Shown piece after piece: positions 38,541 to 47,119 of a stretch of DNA of 64,000 bases (position 1 is the stretch's first letter; every line of letters begins with the position of its first letter). The stretch is taken from contig NZ_CP147012.1 of assembly GCF_037126285.1 (NCBI RefSeq), positions 3,116,676 to 3,180,675 of the forward strand, written 5' to 3'. This stretch comes from Bernardetia sp. MNP-M8. GTDB taxonomy: Bacteria; Bacteroidota; Bacteroidia; Cytophagales; Bernardetiaceae. The position numbers and the translations under genes are program-made. Under the pieces are notes generated by a model. That model ran no database searches. It worked only from the letters and a program-made list of their open reading frames with translations, and was not told the origin of the DNA.

Positions 38541-39797
38541 ACAGGGCATGTTCATAAAAATCTTTTATGTTCAAAGAGGTGATATACATTTCGTTCTTTG
38601 TAGGCTAATTCTTCTCTGAGTACTGTGAGATTTTCTACTTTTTGCACTTCCAATAGGTTTGTAGCTAGTATTATACAAACAGCTATAAACCTACTTTGGT
38701 TTTCATTTCTAGTTATCAAATTGTCTTCTCCCATTTGTTTATCTCTTGTATTATGATGTACTTCTATTGTCCAATGCTCTCTTATAGCCATAAATAATTC
38801 TAGGAAATTAATTTGGTTGAGAGGTAAATTGGTTACCCAGTAACTTTTTTCTTTACTTTTTTTCTGTGTTTTTGTAATTTTTCTTTCTCTTTCTACTACT
38901 ATCAGGGTTTTGACTTTCGTTTCTTTCCAACGTTTGGGTAATGATTCTGTATTCATTTCATATCCAAAACCGATTCGTATTTCTTCTCTTCCATGCGCTT
39001 TTTGGTAGGCTTCTTTTTTATAAGAAGTAGTTAAATTATCGTCAATATGTTTACAATCTTCTAAAAGAAGTTTTTGATTTGCCTTTACTTGCATCAAATA
39101 AATACCTCCTTTTTTTGCTATTAAAGCAGGTAATTCACTACTCAAATGAAGAGCATCTAACGTATATTTACCTAATAAGTAATCGTAGGAGTTAAAATAA
39201 TGAGATACAACAGTCTTTTCCGAGTCTTTACTTCCATTGTACCACCCTACAATACTACTTTGTTTAGTTGAATGAGAAGTACGAGAAACTACATTTTGAC
39301 CTCGTTTTTCTCCTGCTACATCATCAATACTACCACGAAGTTCTTTTCCATCTATGGCGTACCATTCTAAAGCATCTTTATAAATATATTGATGAAAGAA
39401 GGTTTCATTAATTGCATTAAAACCTTGATAATCAACTTTTTTTAGAATACGTTGAAGTTGAGTATAAGAAATACACGAAGAAACTTCTATATCTAAATCT
39501 TGAGCTACTTCTTTATAAGAACGGCACATAGAACGATGAATATAGGCGACTGTCAGTTTTTTATCAGAGCGTAAAATACAAAGCATAAACAGAACAATGA
39601 CAAATGCTAAAGAATGCTGTTTTCCACGGTTATCTCGGTGGTCTAAAAGACAAGTTTGTACTTCTTGATAATACTTTGTAAATTCGTTTTTTGGGGAGTA
39701 TGCATAGTTTTATATTTTGTAGGTTAGAATTACAAAAATAGAAAATTTAGCAAACGCCCCTTTTTTTTGGACATTATTTTTTATGAACATGCCCTGA
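38541..39797 (-). mobile_element. insertion sequence, ISAs1-family. 20-bp IR (A/T)CAGGGCATGTTCATAAAAA and 8-bp TSD TTTGCCAT
   Basis: IRL at 38541..38560. IRR at 39777..39797 is its reverse complement with one terminal mismatch. Direct repeats TTTGCCAT at 38533..38540 and 39798..39805. It interrupts a host ORF in frame. Confidence 0.7.
38552..39586 (-). CDS. ISAs1-family transposase. The reading frame extends upstream to 39709 without a start codon.
   Basis: Motif AIDGKELRGS. Upstream in frame: LLDHRDNRGKQHSLAFVIVLF, the H-repeat N-terminal signature. Confidence 0.65.
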   Translation of the reverse strand: MLCILRSDKKLTVAYIHRSMCRSYKEVAQDLDIEVSSCISYTQLQRILKKVDYQGFNAINETFFHQYIYKDALEWYAIDGKELRGSIDDVAGEKRGQNVVSRTSHSTKQSSIVGWYNGSKDSEKTVVSHYFNSYDYLLGKYTLDALHLSSELPALIAKKGGIYLMQVKANQKLLLEDCKHIDDNLTTSYKKEAYQKAHGREEIRIGFGYEMNTESLPKRWKETKVKTLIVVERERKITKTQKKSKEKSYWVTNLPLNQINFLELFMAIREHWTIEVHHNTRDKQMGEDNLITRNENQSRFIAVCIILATNLLEVQKVENLTVLREELAYKERNVYHLFEHKRFL

Positions 39798-39805
39798 TTT
39801 GCCAT

Positions 39806-40259
39806 AGTCTTTACATGTTTTGTCATTATATTTACAGGAGTACTAGGTTCTATTGCTTTGTACGTTGGTATTCAACAATATAATAAAACAAATTTTCTTG
39901 TTGAAAATGGCATAACTACTACTGCTGTGGTTATAGATGTAGGCAAAAAATATGTTCAAAGTCCAAAACGTGGTCATGGTAAGTATGTTGCCTATGCACC
40001 CATTCTACAATATTCTGATTTAGAAAATAACAAAATAACATTTACGCACAACGTACCTGCAAATTCTACATCTATTATTCATGAAGTTGGAGACTCTATA
40101 CAAATAATTTATCAGAAAAATAAACCATACAGAGAACGAGAAAATTCTTTTCAAGGACTATATCTGATTCCAACAGTTGGCTGTTGTATGGGACTTTTAG
40201 CTTTAAGTATTGCTCTATGGGGCGTTATTTCAATCTTTAGAAATATAAAAATGAGATAG
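39806..40259 (+). pseudogene. DUF3592-like membrane protein gene split by IS insertion. The 5' fragment is at 38518..38540.
   Basis: ATG GAG CAT CAT AAA TTT GCC AT at 38518..38540 continues in frame after the IS at 39806 as IVFTCFVIIFTGVLGSIALYVG…. The ORF track only finds the 3' remnant, from a TTG at 39858. Confidence 0.6.
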
Positions 40260-40283
40260 AAATGAAATTATTTTAAAGTAATT

Positions 40284-40928
40284 TTGTTCTACTTAAAAAA
40301 ACTACTCAAAATTAACTCTGCTTTTATGTATAATTTTCTTAAAAATATAGCTTTCTATTCAGCCTTACTTTTTTTTATACAATCTTGTTCCTCTGCTCAA
40401 AAAACAGGTTCGCCCATGAACGAAAGTATGGAAAGTACAGAAACTGCCACTAATCAAGATAAAAAAGAACGTGCAGAAGAAGATATTGCAGCAGGAGCTA
40501 CATCAGAAGAAGCAGAAGACCCAACCATGGTTGTAGAATCAAAACCTTTGAATCAACTTTCTATTCCAGAACAAAAGTTTATTATTGAAAGAATAATAAA
40601 AGTGAAGGATAATAAAAGCGAAAGTGATATTTCTAGTGAACTTACAAGTGAAAATGAGCAATTAAGCGTTTCAAATAAACATGCAAAAGTATTATTATTT
40701 GCCAAAAAACTAGAAAAAGGCACTTATCCGATTGCAAAAAATAATCTTCCTTATGCAAATGTACATGTAATGCTCACACAAGGTACAGAAAAGATTGAAG
40801 GAGATTTAGAAAATGGAACTGTAAATTTATTGCTTTTAGATTCAGCAGGAATAACAAAAGGAAGGTTTGAAGGAACGCTCATCAAAAATAATGAGCGTTA
40901 TTATATTGGAGGAAACTTTTCTAATTAA
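40284..40928 (+). CDS. hypothetical lipoprotein
   Basis: Signal peptide plus lipobox FIQSCSS. The real start is probably MYNFLKN at about 40329. Confidence 0.35.
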   Translation: MFYLKKLLKINSAFMYNFLKNIAFYSALLFFIQSCSSAQKTGSPMNESMESTETATNQDKKERAEEDIAAGATSEEAEDPTMVVESKPLNQLSIPEQKFIIERIIKVKDNKSESDISSELTSENEQLSVSNKHAKVLLFAKKLEKGTYPIAKNNLPYANVHVMLTQGTEKIEGDLENGTVNLLLLDSAGITKGRFEGTLIKNNERYYIGGNFSN

Positions 40929-40933
40929 TACAA

Positions 40934-40966
40934 AACCCTAAGGGACTATGAAGACCCTTAGGGTTG
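40934..40966. repeat. REP-like palindromic element (copy 3 of 3)
   Basis: AAACCCTAAGGGACTATGAAGACCCTTAGGGTT, identical to the 10314 copy. It sits between convergent gene ends. Confidence 0.7.
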
Positions 40967-40981
40967 AAAATTTATAATTGG

Positions 40982-41518
40982 TTACAAAACTTCAATCATA
41001 AAGTTATGATTTGTATAGATACAAATATCAGCAGCGATTGTTAAGGCTTCTTTTACCATTTCTTCGGCTGTCAAATGTGGGGCATGGCGTTTGAGAGCAA
41101 GAGCAGCCGATTTTGCGTACATACTTCCCGAACCAATTGATTCTACATCTTCATCTGGCTCAAGCACATCACCCGAACCCGAAATATTCAAGATTCCGTC
41201 TTTATTAACCACAATCATCATGGCTTCTAACTTGCGAAGATAACGATCTGTACGCCAGTCTTTTGCTAGTTCTATGGCAGAGCGTTTTACATTTCCACCA
41301 TATCCATTTAATTTTTCTTCGAATCGCTCTAAAAGTGTAAAGGCATCAGCTGTTGAGCCTGCAAAACCTGTTATTACTTTTCCGTCTGCAATCTTACGAA
41401 TTTTTTTGACAGTAGATTTGGCTACTGTGTTTCCCATTGTTGCTTGTCCGTCTGCTCCAATAGCAATTTGTCCGTTGTGAGAAACGGCAAGAACAGTTGT
41501 TGATTTTATTTTTTGCAT
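40982..41518 (-). CDS. hslV: ATP-dependent protease subunit HslV
   Basis: N-terminal TTVLAVSHNGQIAIGADGQATMGNTV (Thr-protease), collinear with E. coli HslV. No hslU in the window. Confidence 0.85.
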   Translation of the reverse strand: MQKIKSTTVLAVSHNGQIAIGADGQATMGNTVAKSTVKKIRKIADGKVITGFAGSTADAFTLLERFEEKLNGYGGNVKRSAIELAKDWRTDRYLRKLEAMMIVVNKDGILNISGSGDVLEPDEDVESIGSGSMYAKSAALALKRHAPHLTAEEMVKEALTIAADICIYTNHNFMIEVL

Positions 41519-41520
41519 TT

Positions 41521-42588
41521 TTAATTTGATTGAGTATTATTATTTTTAGTATTATTTTTACCATTTTTTACTATTTCTAGTAATGTAGTATGATGGTAAA
41601 AAGTCTTTTTAAAATCTTGTAATTGATAAGCTGTATTTTCTAAAACAATAAGACTTGTCTTTGTTTGAGGAAAATAAAAATTAGAAGAAACAAATCCTGC
41701 TGCAAAACCTAAAGCTCCAATCTGAATAGTTTGTTCATTTTTTTTGAAAGTAAGACCATACCCATAGTCTATTTCATCAAAAATAGGGTGTTTTCTCGTC
41801 TCATATCTTTGAACCATTAATTTGAAAGTATCTTTTTTTAGAATTTTTCCACTATGAAGAAGCTTATTCCATTTTACTAAATCATAAGCTGTAGAAATAA
41901 ATCCACCTGCTGCTACATAATTTTTGAATGTATTAGTTTCATAAATAATATCTCCATTTTCTTGTTCTGTATAACCTTTGGTCATTTTCTTTTGCTTTTT
42001 TAAGCTAGGATAAACTGTATTTTTTAAACCAATTCTTTGAAAAAAATCATTAGAAATGGTTTCAAAAGATTGCTTTTTGATACTTTCTAAGATATTTGAA
42101 AGTAATTCAAATCCTAATTGAGAATAATCAAATCTACTTCCTAGAGGAAAAGCTAAAGGTTGATTTAATTCTTTAATTCCGTGTGTATGCGTCAAAAGAT
42201 GATGAATAGTTACAGAATCTGCCCAACTTTGCTCTAAATTTGGTAGGTAAGTACGAATAGTTTGTTCAAGTTTTAAAGTCCCCTTTTCATATTCTTCCAA
42301 AATCATAACAGCCGTAATTTGTTTGCTTATCGAACCAATTACAAACTGATTTTTAAGGGTTAGAGGAATTTTTTTATCTCTATCAGAAAAGCCTTTTGTT
42401 TTAGAATAAATTTCTTTTCCTTCCCTAACTATCAAAACAACTCCATTAAAAGGCTTGACAGAATCAGATTCTATAACCGAATCAATAGCTAAAAGATAAT
42501 CATCATTCGTTTGCACTACTTTTTGATTTTTACAATTAGAAAAAATAAGGACAACAAAAATCAAGAGTGAAAAATAAGGTAGTTGCAT
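41521..42588 (-). CDS. serine hydrolase, beta-lactamase/PBP4*-like family
   Basis: SxxK motif SISKQITA near the N-terminus, and a signal peptide. Confidence 0.65.
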   Translation of the reverse strand: MQLPYFSLLIFVVLIFSNCKNQKVVQTNDDYLLAIDSVIESDSVKPFNGVVLIVREGKEIYSKTKGFSDRDKKIPLTLKNQFVIGSISKQITAVMILEEYEKGTLKLEQTIRTYLPNLEQSWADSVTIHHLLTHTHGIKELNQPLAFPLGSRFDYSQLGFELLSNILESIKKQSFETISNDFFQRIGLKNTVYPSLKKQKKMTKGYTEQENGDIIYETNTFKNYVAAGGFISTAYDLVKWNKLLHSGKILKKDTFKLMVQRYETRKHPIFDEIDYGYGLTFKKNEQTIQIGALGFAAGFVSSNFYFPQTKTSLIVLENTAYQLQDFKKTFYHHTTLLEIVKNGKNNTKNNNTQSN

Positions 42589-42606
42589 TGTTAAAATTTG
42601 TTTGTG

Positions 42607-43371
42607 TTAAAATTCATCATTAAAATCAGTATCAAAGTCAAATATTTTGCGTTTGTATTCATACTGACGACCAAAATAAACGTCTTTTACTCTATTATTT
42701 TGTGATACTTCTTCAGGAGTTCCATTGATAAGTGGGTTTCCTTCAAACATAATATAAACTTTATCACAAATAGATAAAGTTTCGTTGGCGTTGTGGTCTG
42801 TGATAAGCACACCAATATTTCTTTGTTTGAGCTTGGCAACGAGCATTTGTATATTTTCCACAGCAATTGGGTCTACACCAGCAAAAGGCTCATCTAATAA
42901 AATAAAATTTGGATTAGTTGCTACTGCCCTAGCAATTTCAGTACGACGACGCTCCCCACCAGAAAGTAATTTTCCTTGTGTTTTTTGGAAACGCTTCAAA
43001 CGAAATTCCTCAATAAGTTCTTCCATTCTTTCTTTTTGTTCTTGTTTGGTCAAATCTCGCATTTGTAAAGGAGCCATGATATTTTCCTCTACAGTAAGTT
43101 CTCTAAAAACAGAGGCTTCTTGCGCCAAATATCCAATGCCAAGTTGTGAACGGCGAAACATAGGAAGTTTTGTAATATCTCTATCATCAAGATAAATTTT
43201 ACCACTATTAGGCTTTACCAATCCTACAATCATATAAAAAGAAGTTGTTTTTCCAGCACCATTTGGTCCTAAAACACCTACAATTTCGCCTTGATTTACT
43301 TCTATCGAAACGCCATTAACGACAGTTCTGCCTCCGTAGCGTTTGATTAAATTTTCTGCTCTTAAAACCAT
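42607..43371 (-). CDS. lptB: LPS export ABC transporter ATP-binding protein
   Basis: Walker A GPNGAGKTT, signature LSGGERRR, Walker B ILLDEP. Collinear with E. coli LptB, about 250 aa. Confidence 0.85.
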   Translation of the reverse strand: MVLRAENLIKRYGGRTVVNGVSIEVNQGEIVGVLGPNGAGKTTSFYMIVGLVKPNSGKIYLDDRDITKLPMFRRSQLGIGYLAQEASVFRELTVEENIMAPLQMRDLTKQEQKERMEELIEEFRLKRFQKTQGKLLSGGERRRTEIARAVATNPNFILLDEPFAGVDPIAVENIQMLVAKLKQRNIGVLITDHNANETLSICDKVYIMFEGNPLINGTPEEVSQNNRVKDVYFGRQYEYKRKIFDFDTDFNDEF

Positions 43372-43561
43372 TTTTTTACAGTTATCAGTTATCAGTTACC
43401 AGTAATCAGTGAAATTCAATTTTATTTCCTTGAGTAACTTTGTACTTCTGTGTTTATAAAATATTTTTTTAGAATGAATTATGAAATTTGAGTATTGTCA
43501 TTTGTATTTCCCAATCTCTAATTTCCATTCCCTAATTCCTATTATTCAAACTTACGAATTA

Positions 43562-43873
43562 CTAATCGTTTTGATGTAATTCTGTTTTTAACAAAACCTT
43601 ATTTTGTGAATAAATAAGTATTTTATCTCTATTTATAGAATCTTTTAAGAATTTTGAAATAGCATTGTTGCTAATTAAATCAACATCAATATTCAATTCT
43701 TTTTCTAAATCTAATTGTAATTGAATCAAATCAAATAAAGAAAAATCAATACAATGTTCTATTAAAAAATCTATATCACTACTTGGATTTTGCTTATTAC
43801 GAGCATAAGAACCAAATAAATATACTTTTTTAAGTTTGTGTTTTTTCCAAATTGAATGTAAATTTTGCAGCAT
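43562..43873 (-). CDS. nucleotidyltransferase-domain protein (MNT-type, toxin-antitoxin-like)
   Basis: Motif LFGSYARN…SDIDFLIE (GS…D.D). 103 aa. Confidence 0.6.
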   Translation of the reverse strand: MLQNLHSIWKKHKLKKVYLFGSYARNKQNPSSDIDFLIEHCIDFSLFDLIQLQLDLEKELNIDVDLISNNAISKFLKDSINRDKILIYSQNKVLLKTELHQND

Positions 43874-43923
43874 ATGTATTAAACCGTCAACGAACTTAAA
43901 AGCGTCGTTGAGGTAATTTATCT

Positions 43924-44502
43924 CTATTCAAATAAAGCTAATTCTACCCATTCACACAAAATATGTCCTACCAAAATATGACTTTCTTGTATGCGTGGTG
44001 TATCGTCAGAAGGAACATTCAAAATTATATCACAAATTTCTTTTAATTTTCCTCCTTTATTTCCTGTCATTCCTATCGTAATCATTCCAATTTCTTTGGC
44101 TGCTTCGACGGCTTTTACAATATTTGGAGAATTTCCAGAAGTAGAAATCGCCACCAAAACATCGCCTTCTCGTCCCATTGCCTGTACCATTCTTTCAAAA
44201 ACAATATCATAACCATAATCATTTCCTACGGCTGTCAGGTACGACGAATTGACATGCAAGGCTTCGGCAAAAAGAGGTTTTCTATCCTTATAAAAACGAC
44301 CAGAAAGTTCGGCAGAAATATGTTGAGCATCAGCAGCACTTCCACCATTTCCACAAAAAAGAACTTTTCCACCTTTTTCAAAAGTCGTTTTCCAAGCCTG
44401 TGCAGCTTTTGAAATGCTTTCTAATAAAGGTTCATCTGTCAAAATTCGCTCTTTTGTAGCGATGCTTTCCTGTATGCGTGTGTTTATGAAATTTTTGTTC
44501 AT
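43924..44502 (-). CDS. gmhA: SIS-domain phosphoheptose isomerase
   Basis: GKVLFCGNGGSAADAQH…GNDYGYD…ISTSGNS, collinear with E. coli GmhA. Confidence 0.8.
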   Translation of the reverse strand: MNKNFINTRIQESIATKERILTDEPLLESISKAAQAWKTTFEKGGKVLFCGNGGSAADAQHISAELSGRFYKDRKPLFAEALHVNSSYLTAVGNDYGYDIVFERMVQAMGREGDVLVAISTSGNSPNIVKAVEAAKEIGMITIGMTGNKGGKLKEICDIILNVPSDDTPRIQESHILVGHILCEWVELALFE

Positions 44503-44657
44503 TTATTTCTTTTTATTGTTTTATCACAAATTTACCAAATAAAAATCTCAAAACTGTAATACTAGTTTTAAAGTTGCTACTAATAAAGGAAAAATGTAGC
44601 ATACGCTTTAGCGTGTGAAAATGTACTGTACACTTTAGTGTGCGAAAAAGCTAGTCT

Positions 44658-45386
44658 ATGAACGAAGTAATCCGTACCGAAAAAATATCAAGGCGTTATA
44701 AAATGGGAGATGAAATTATTCACGCTCTCAAATCAGTTTCTATTTCTATTAATTTTGGTGAATATGTCGCTTTTATGGGGCCTTCGGGTTCTGGAAAATC
44801 TACATTAATGAATATTGTGGGATGTCTGGATACGCCTACAAGTGGTTCGTATGTTTTGAATAAGCGAGATGTAAGCCGACTTTCAGAAGATGAATTGGCA
44901 GAAATTAGAAATAAAGAAATTGGTTTTGTCTTTCAAACTTTCAACCTTTTGCCTCGTGCTTCTTCGTTGGATAATGTAGCTTTGCCGTTGATTTATGCAG
45001 GATACAACAAAAAAGATAGAGATGCAATGGCAAAAAAAGCATTGGAAGATGTCGGTTTGGGCGACCGTTATCATCACAAACCAAACGAACTTTCGGGTGG
45101 ACAAAGACAGCGTGTGGCTATTGCAAGAGCTTTAATAAACAATCCAAGTATTATTTTAGCCGATGAACCCACTGGAAACTTAGATACAAAAACTTCGTAT
45201 GAAATTATGAATTTGTTTGCCGAATTGCATAAAAAAGGAAATACAATTATTATGGTTACCCACGAAGAAGATATTGCAAATTATGCACATCGTGTCGTTT
45301 TTATGCGTGATGGAAATATTGAGCGAGATGAAATAAATGAAAATCCAACACAAGTAAATTTGATTGATTTAGCTAAGAAGGAGTAG
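44658..45386 (+). CDS. ABC transporter ATP-binding protein (LolD/MacB/FtsE-like)
   Basis: Walker [25 protein letters not shown], Walker [12 protein letters not shown]. Confidence 0.85.
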   Translation: MNEVIRTEKISRRYKMGDEIIHALKSVSISINFGEYVAFMGPSGSGKSTLMNIVGCLDTPTSGSYVLNKRDVSRLSEDELAEIRNKEIGFVFQTFNLLPRASSLDNVALPLIYAGYNKKDRDAMAKKALEDVGLGDRYHHKPNELSGGQRQRVAIARALINNPSIILADEPTGNLDTKTSYEIMNLFAELHKKGNTIIMVTHEEDIANYAHRVVFMRDGNIERDEINENPTQVNLIDLAKKE

Positions 45387-45507
45387 AAATTTTGTATTTT
45401 TGCAGGAAGATTTTAATCAAAACAAAAATCTTTCTCAAAAGATTATAAAAAATATACTATCAACTATAAGTTGTCCGTAATTTTTAATTCGTAATTCCTC
45501 CCAAGCT

Positions 45508-45741
45508 ATGCAAACCACAAAAACAAATATAAACGATACAAATTCTGAAAAAATAGTTCGTGCAAAAAAGAATACATTAAAAGATTATTTTGCATTAATG
45601 CCTGTTTTAACGTATTTTTTTACAAAGAAAAATTCGGCAAACTTCAATATTCGTGCAATGCACACTATTAATAAAATTTCAATTACTGTTTTTTTATTAG
45701 GACTTATTTTTATCATTGTTAAAAAATTATTCTTGTCTTAA
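45508..45741 (+). CDS. small membrane protein
   Basis: 77-aa ORF with a C-terminal hydrophobic segment. Weak. Confidence 0.25.
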   Translation: MQTTKTNINDTNSEKIVRAKKNTLKDYFALMPVLTYFFTKKNSANFNIRAMHTINKISITVFLLGLIFIIVKKLFLS

Positions 45742-45792
45742 TTTTAACTATTGACAAGGTCAAGACCATTGTCAAAGTCAAAATTGAAAAAA

Positions 45793-47025
45793 ATGATATA
45801 CATTCATATTCCATTCTGCAAACAAGCCTGTCATTATTGCGATTTTCATTTTAGTACAAATCTCAAGCAAAAACAGGCTTTTTTATATGCCTTAGATAAA
45901 GAAATCGAATTGAAAAAAGATTTTTTTAAAGAAGCCGTTTTTCCTTCGTCGTTGTCAGTGCTTCCACCGACAAAAAAAACACTAAAAACTATTTATTTTG
46001 GTGGTGGAACGCCTTCTATTTTAGAAATTTCAGAATTAAAAGCAATTTTAGAAAAAGTAAAATCTATTTTTGAAGTTGATAAAGAGGCAGAAATTACACT
46101 GGAAGCAAATCCTGATGACCTTACTTCTTTAGAATTTTTGAAATCATTAAAGGAAATTGGCTTTAACCGTTTGAGTATTGGTATTCAATCTTTTGAAGAA
46201 TCTTTTTTGAAGTTTATGAATAGGGCGCACAATGCCGAAGAGGCTAAAAATTGTGTAAAATTATCTCAAAAAGCAGGTTTTGACAATATTAGTGTAGATT
46301 TGATTTATGGTATTCAATTACCAAAAAAAGAAATTGGATTCAATGCATTTGAAAATAATTTTGAAAAACAAAGTAATTATTTAAAATCAAATCCTCATTA
46401 TTTTTGGAAGAACGATTTAGAGTTTGCGCTTTCTTTGAATGTTCCTCATATTTCTGCTTACTGCTTGACTATCGAACCCAAAACGCCTTTTGGAAATAGT
46501 CTGAAAAAAGGAAAACTAAAACCGATTGATGAAGAATTTGCAGCACAACAATTTGAAATTCTGACCGAAACATTGAAAGAAAATGGTTATGTTCATTACG
46601 AAATTTCCAATTTTGCAAAACCCAATCAGTTTTCAAAACATAATACAGCCTATTGGAAAGATGAACCTTATTTGGGTTTGGGAGCTTCGGCACATTCTTA
46701 CGATGGAAAAAATCGTTTTATGAATGCTGCTAATAATAGAAAATACACTGAAAGTTTGAATAAAAATAGCTTACCTCAAATCATTGACGAGCTTTCAGAA
46801 AACGACCGAATAAATGAATATTTCTTGACTTCTCTGCGAACAATTTGGGGAATTGATTTGAATCATTTAATCAAAAAATATAAATATAATCTTCTGCAAA
46901 ATCAATCAAAAATTGTTTCAAAATTAGTTGAAAATCAAATGGTTGAATTAAAGAATGATACTGTTACTCTTACAGAGAAAGGAAAATTATTTGCTGATGG
47001 AATTGCTTCTGATTTGTTTGTGTAA
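45793..47025 (+). CDS. hemW: radical SAM heme chaperone / coproporphyrinogen-III-oxidase-like protein
   Basis: CxxxCxxC radical-SAM motif (IHIPFCKQACHYCDF) right after the internal Met. The upstream extension to 45751 is rejected. Confidence 0.78.
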   Translation: MIYIHIPFCKQACHYCDFHFSTNLKQKQAFLYALDKEIELKKDFFKEAVFPSSLSVLPPTKKTLKTIYFGGGTPSILEISELKAILEKVKSIFEVDKEAEITLEANPDDLTSLEFLKSLKEIGFNRLSIGIQSFEESFLKFMNRAHNAEEAKNCVKLSQKAGFDNISVDLIYGIQLPKKEIGFNAFENNFEKQSNYLKSNPHYFWKNDLEFALSLNVPHISAYCLTIEPKTPFGNSLKKGKLKPIDEEFAAQQFEILTETLKENGYVHYEISNFAKPNQFSKHNTAYWKDEPYLGLGASAHSYDGKNRFMNAANNRKYTESLNKNSLPQIIDELSENDRINEYFLTSLRTIWGIDLNHLIKKYKYNLLQNQSKIVSKLVENQMVELKNDTVTLTEKGKLFADGIASDLFV

Positions 47026-47119
47026 AAACTTAAATTGTGTATCACAGATTTCCTAGTCTGTGTGAATGATAGTGAAAAATGATATTTATTCAGAGTAGGA
47101 AGTCTGAGATACTTGTAAA

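Noticed and set aside
43412-43561. HEPN/HepT partner gene downstream of the MNT nucleotidyltransferase
   Set aside because: There is only about 150 bp of non-coding DNA there, and the longest ORF is about 10 codons. No partner is present in the window.
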